Origin: an uncultured Acidimicrobiales bacterium
GTDB taxonomy: Bacteria > Actinomycetota > Acidimicrobiia > Acidimicrobiales > VFJN01
Length of the DNA: 64,000 nucleotides
Direction: 5' to 3'
Assembly: GCA_963842395.1 (NCBI GenBank)
Contig: CAWJGJ010000002.1
Location: forward strand, 6,481 to 70,480
The notes under the pieces were generated by a model, which saw nothing but the letters and a program-made list of their open reading frames with translations, was not told where the DNA came from and did not search any database. Position numbers and translations under genes: made by a program. Positions 63,458-64,000 of the stretch are shown piece after piece. Each line of letters begins with the position of its first letter. Position 1 is the stretch's first letter.

Positions 63458-64000
63458 TCAACCGACGGAGGGGCGGGGGTCGGCGTCCTGGACCGATGCG
63501 ATCACGTCGTCGCCGAAGGGCAGCGGCTCGCACCCGTGGTCGTCCTCGCACACGAAGTCGAACTGGGGCTCGGCTGCACTGTGGCAGCTCGCACAGCTCG
63601 TGTTGGTGAAGCCGTTGACGACCTCGCTGCCGCCCCGTGACTCGATGACCGTGCCGTCGGCCGATACCGCGAGGCGGAAGAACTCCCAGTCGTTCGAGGC
63701 GGGATCGAAGCCCGGCGCCCGCTTGACCATCGCCTCGGTGGGGATGAGCTGGATGACCGTCCCCACCGGGTAGGTGCCCCCGTCGGGATCGTTGGCCACC
63801 GCCAGCGTGGCGTCGAGGTCGCCGCCCTCGTTGTCGACGAAGAACTCGCGCACCGGCGTCATGTCGGCCAGCGGCTTGAAGTCACCGGCCTGCATCTCGA
63901 CGTCGGCGACGGCCTCCGTGGTGGTGGTCTCGTCGCCGTCGGCCTCGGTCTCGTCGGAGCCCGACGACCCGGACGAGCAGCCCACGACGAGGGCGAGGAC
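63458..64000 (-). CDS. lipoprotein with a CxxCH haem-binding motif (cytochrome P460-like?), 5' end outside the window
   Basis: The ORF is open to the window edge. Lipobox-like ..LALVVGC SSG, then NDWEFF and a single CASCH motif near the C-terminus. Confidence 0.45.
   Translation of the reverse strand, partial: VLALVVGCSSGSSGSDETEADGDETTTTEAVADVEMQAGDFKPLADMTPVREFFVDNEGGDLDATLAVANDPDGGTYPVGTVIQLIPTEAMVKRAPGFDPASNDWEFFRLAVSADGTVIESRGGSEVVNGFTNTSCASCHSAAEPQFDFVCEDDHGCEPLPFGDDVIASVQDADPRPSVG

Overview
The window is a very high-G+C, actinobacterium-like chromosomal segment (roughly 70% G+C or more by eye). Many long Arg/Pro/Gly-rich ORFs in the six-frame track are off-frame artefacts of this composition. 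I called genes from family motifs I recognise, GC3-type codon bias, RBS and start context, and stop/start coupling.

**Ordinary content**
- 1-11.2 kb: a livHMGF-like ABC transporter, an SDR, a hydroxyquinol/catechol-type intradiol dioxygenase, MarR and YceI. There is also a sulfite-oxidase-like / ferredoxin-reductase / DUF6510-like triad and a GNAT.
- 29.8-38.0 kb: a sugar locus with xylA, a frameshifted GH3 beta-glucosidase, LacI with a palindromic operator, and an ABC sugar uptake system.
- 38.3-64 kb: housekeeping and repair genes.
  - RNA genes: tRNA-Gly(GCC) and tRNA-Val(TAC).
  - DNA repair and nucleotide-related: AlkB, Fpg/Nei, a frameshifted orphan N6-adenine DNA methyltransferase, NUDIX hydrolases and a DEAD-box helicase.
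  - Methionine and sulfur: metX preceded by a SAM-riboswitch-like leader, a trans-sulfuration PLP enzyme and MsrA.
  - Regulation: IclR, a sigma-70 factor, an ECF sigma with a putative anti-sigma, and a mini class III cyclase.
  - Other: an OafA-like acyltransferase, FadE and IMPase.

**Main finding**
- 12374-29106 holds a 16.7 kb, seven-gene, same-strand cluster of 472, 468, 1465, 803, 1299, 595 and 397 aa proteins. I see no recognisable catalytic, ATPase, secretion or phage-structural signature in any of them.
- It consists of two tandem paralogs, each with its own duplicated promoter-like leader. These are followed by three giant beta-rich proteins, one of which I think is DUF6603-like, and then two paralogous fibre-like proteins.
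- The last six genes are linked by overlapping stop/start codons.
- The cluster lies between a 5'-truncated gene and a 52-nt perfect duplicate of the 3' part of tRNA-Gly(GCC). That duplicate and the intact tRNA bracket the sugar locus and an integrase remnant.

**Other observations**
- Three single-base frameshifts all fall at a GCCGCGC heptamer.
- There is a C12 tract, a 42-bp coding tandem repeat, and a 21-bp perfect inverted repeat that overlaps the RBS of a NUDIX gene.

All family assignments come from reading the translations. None was confirmed by a search.
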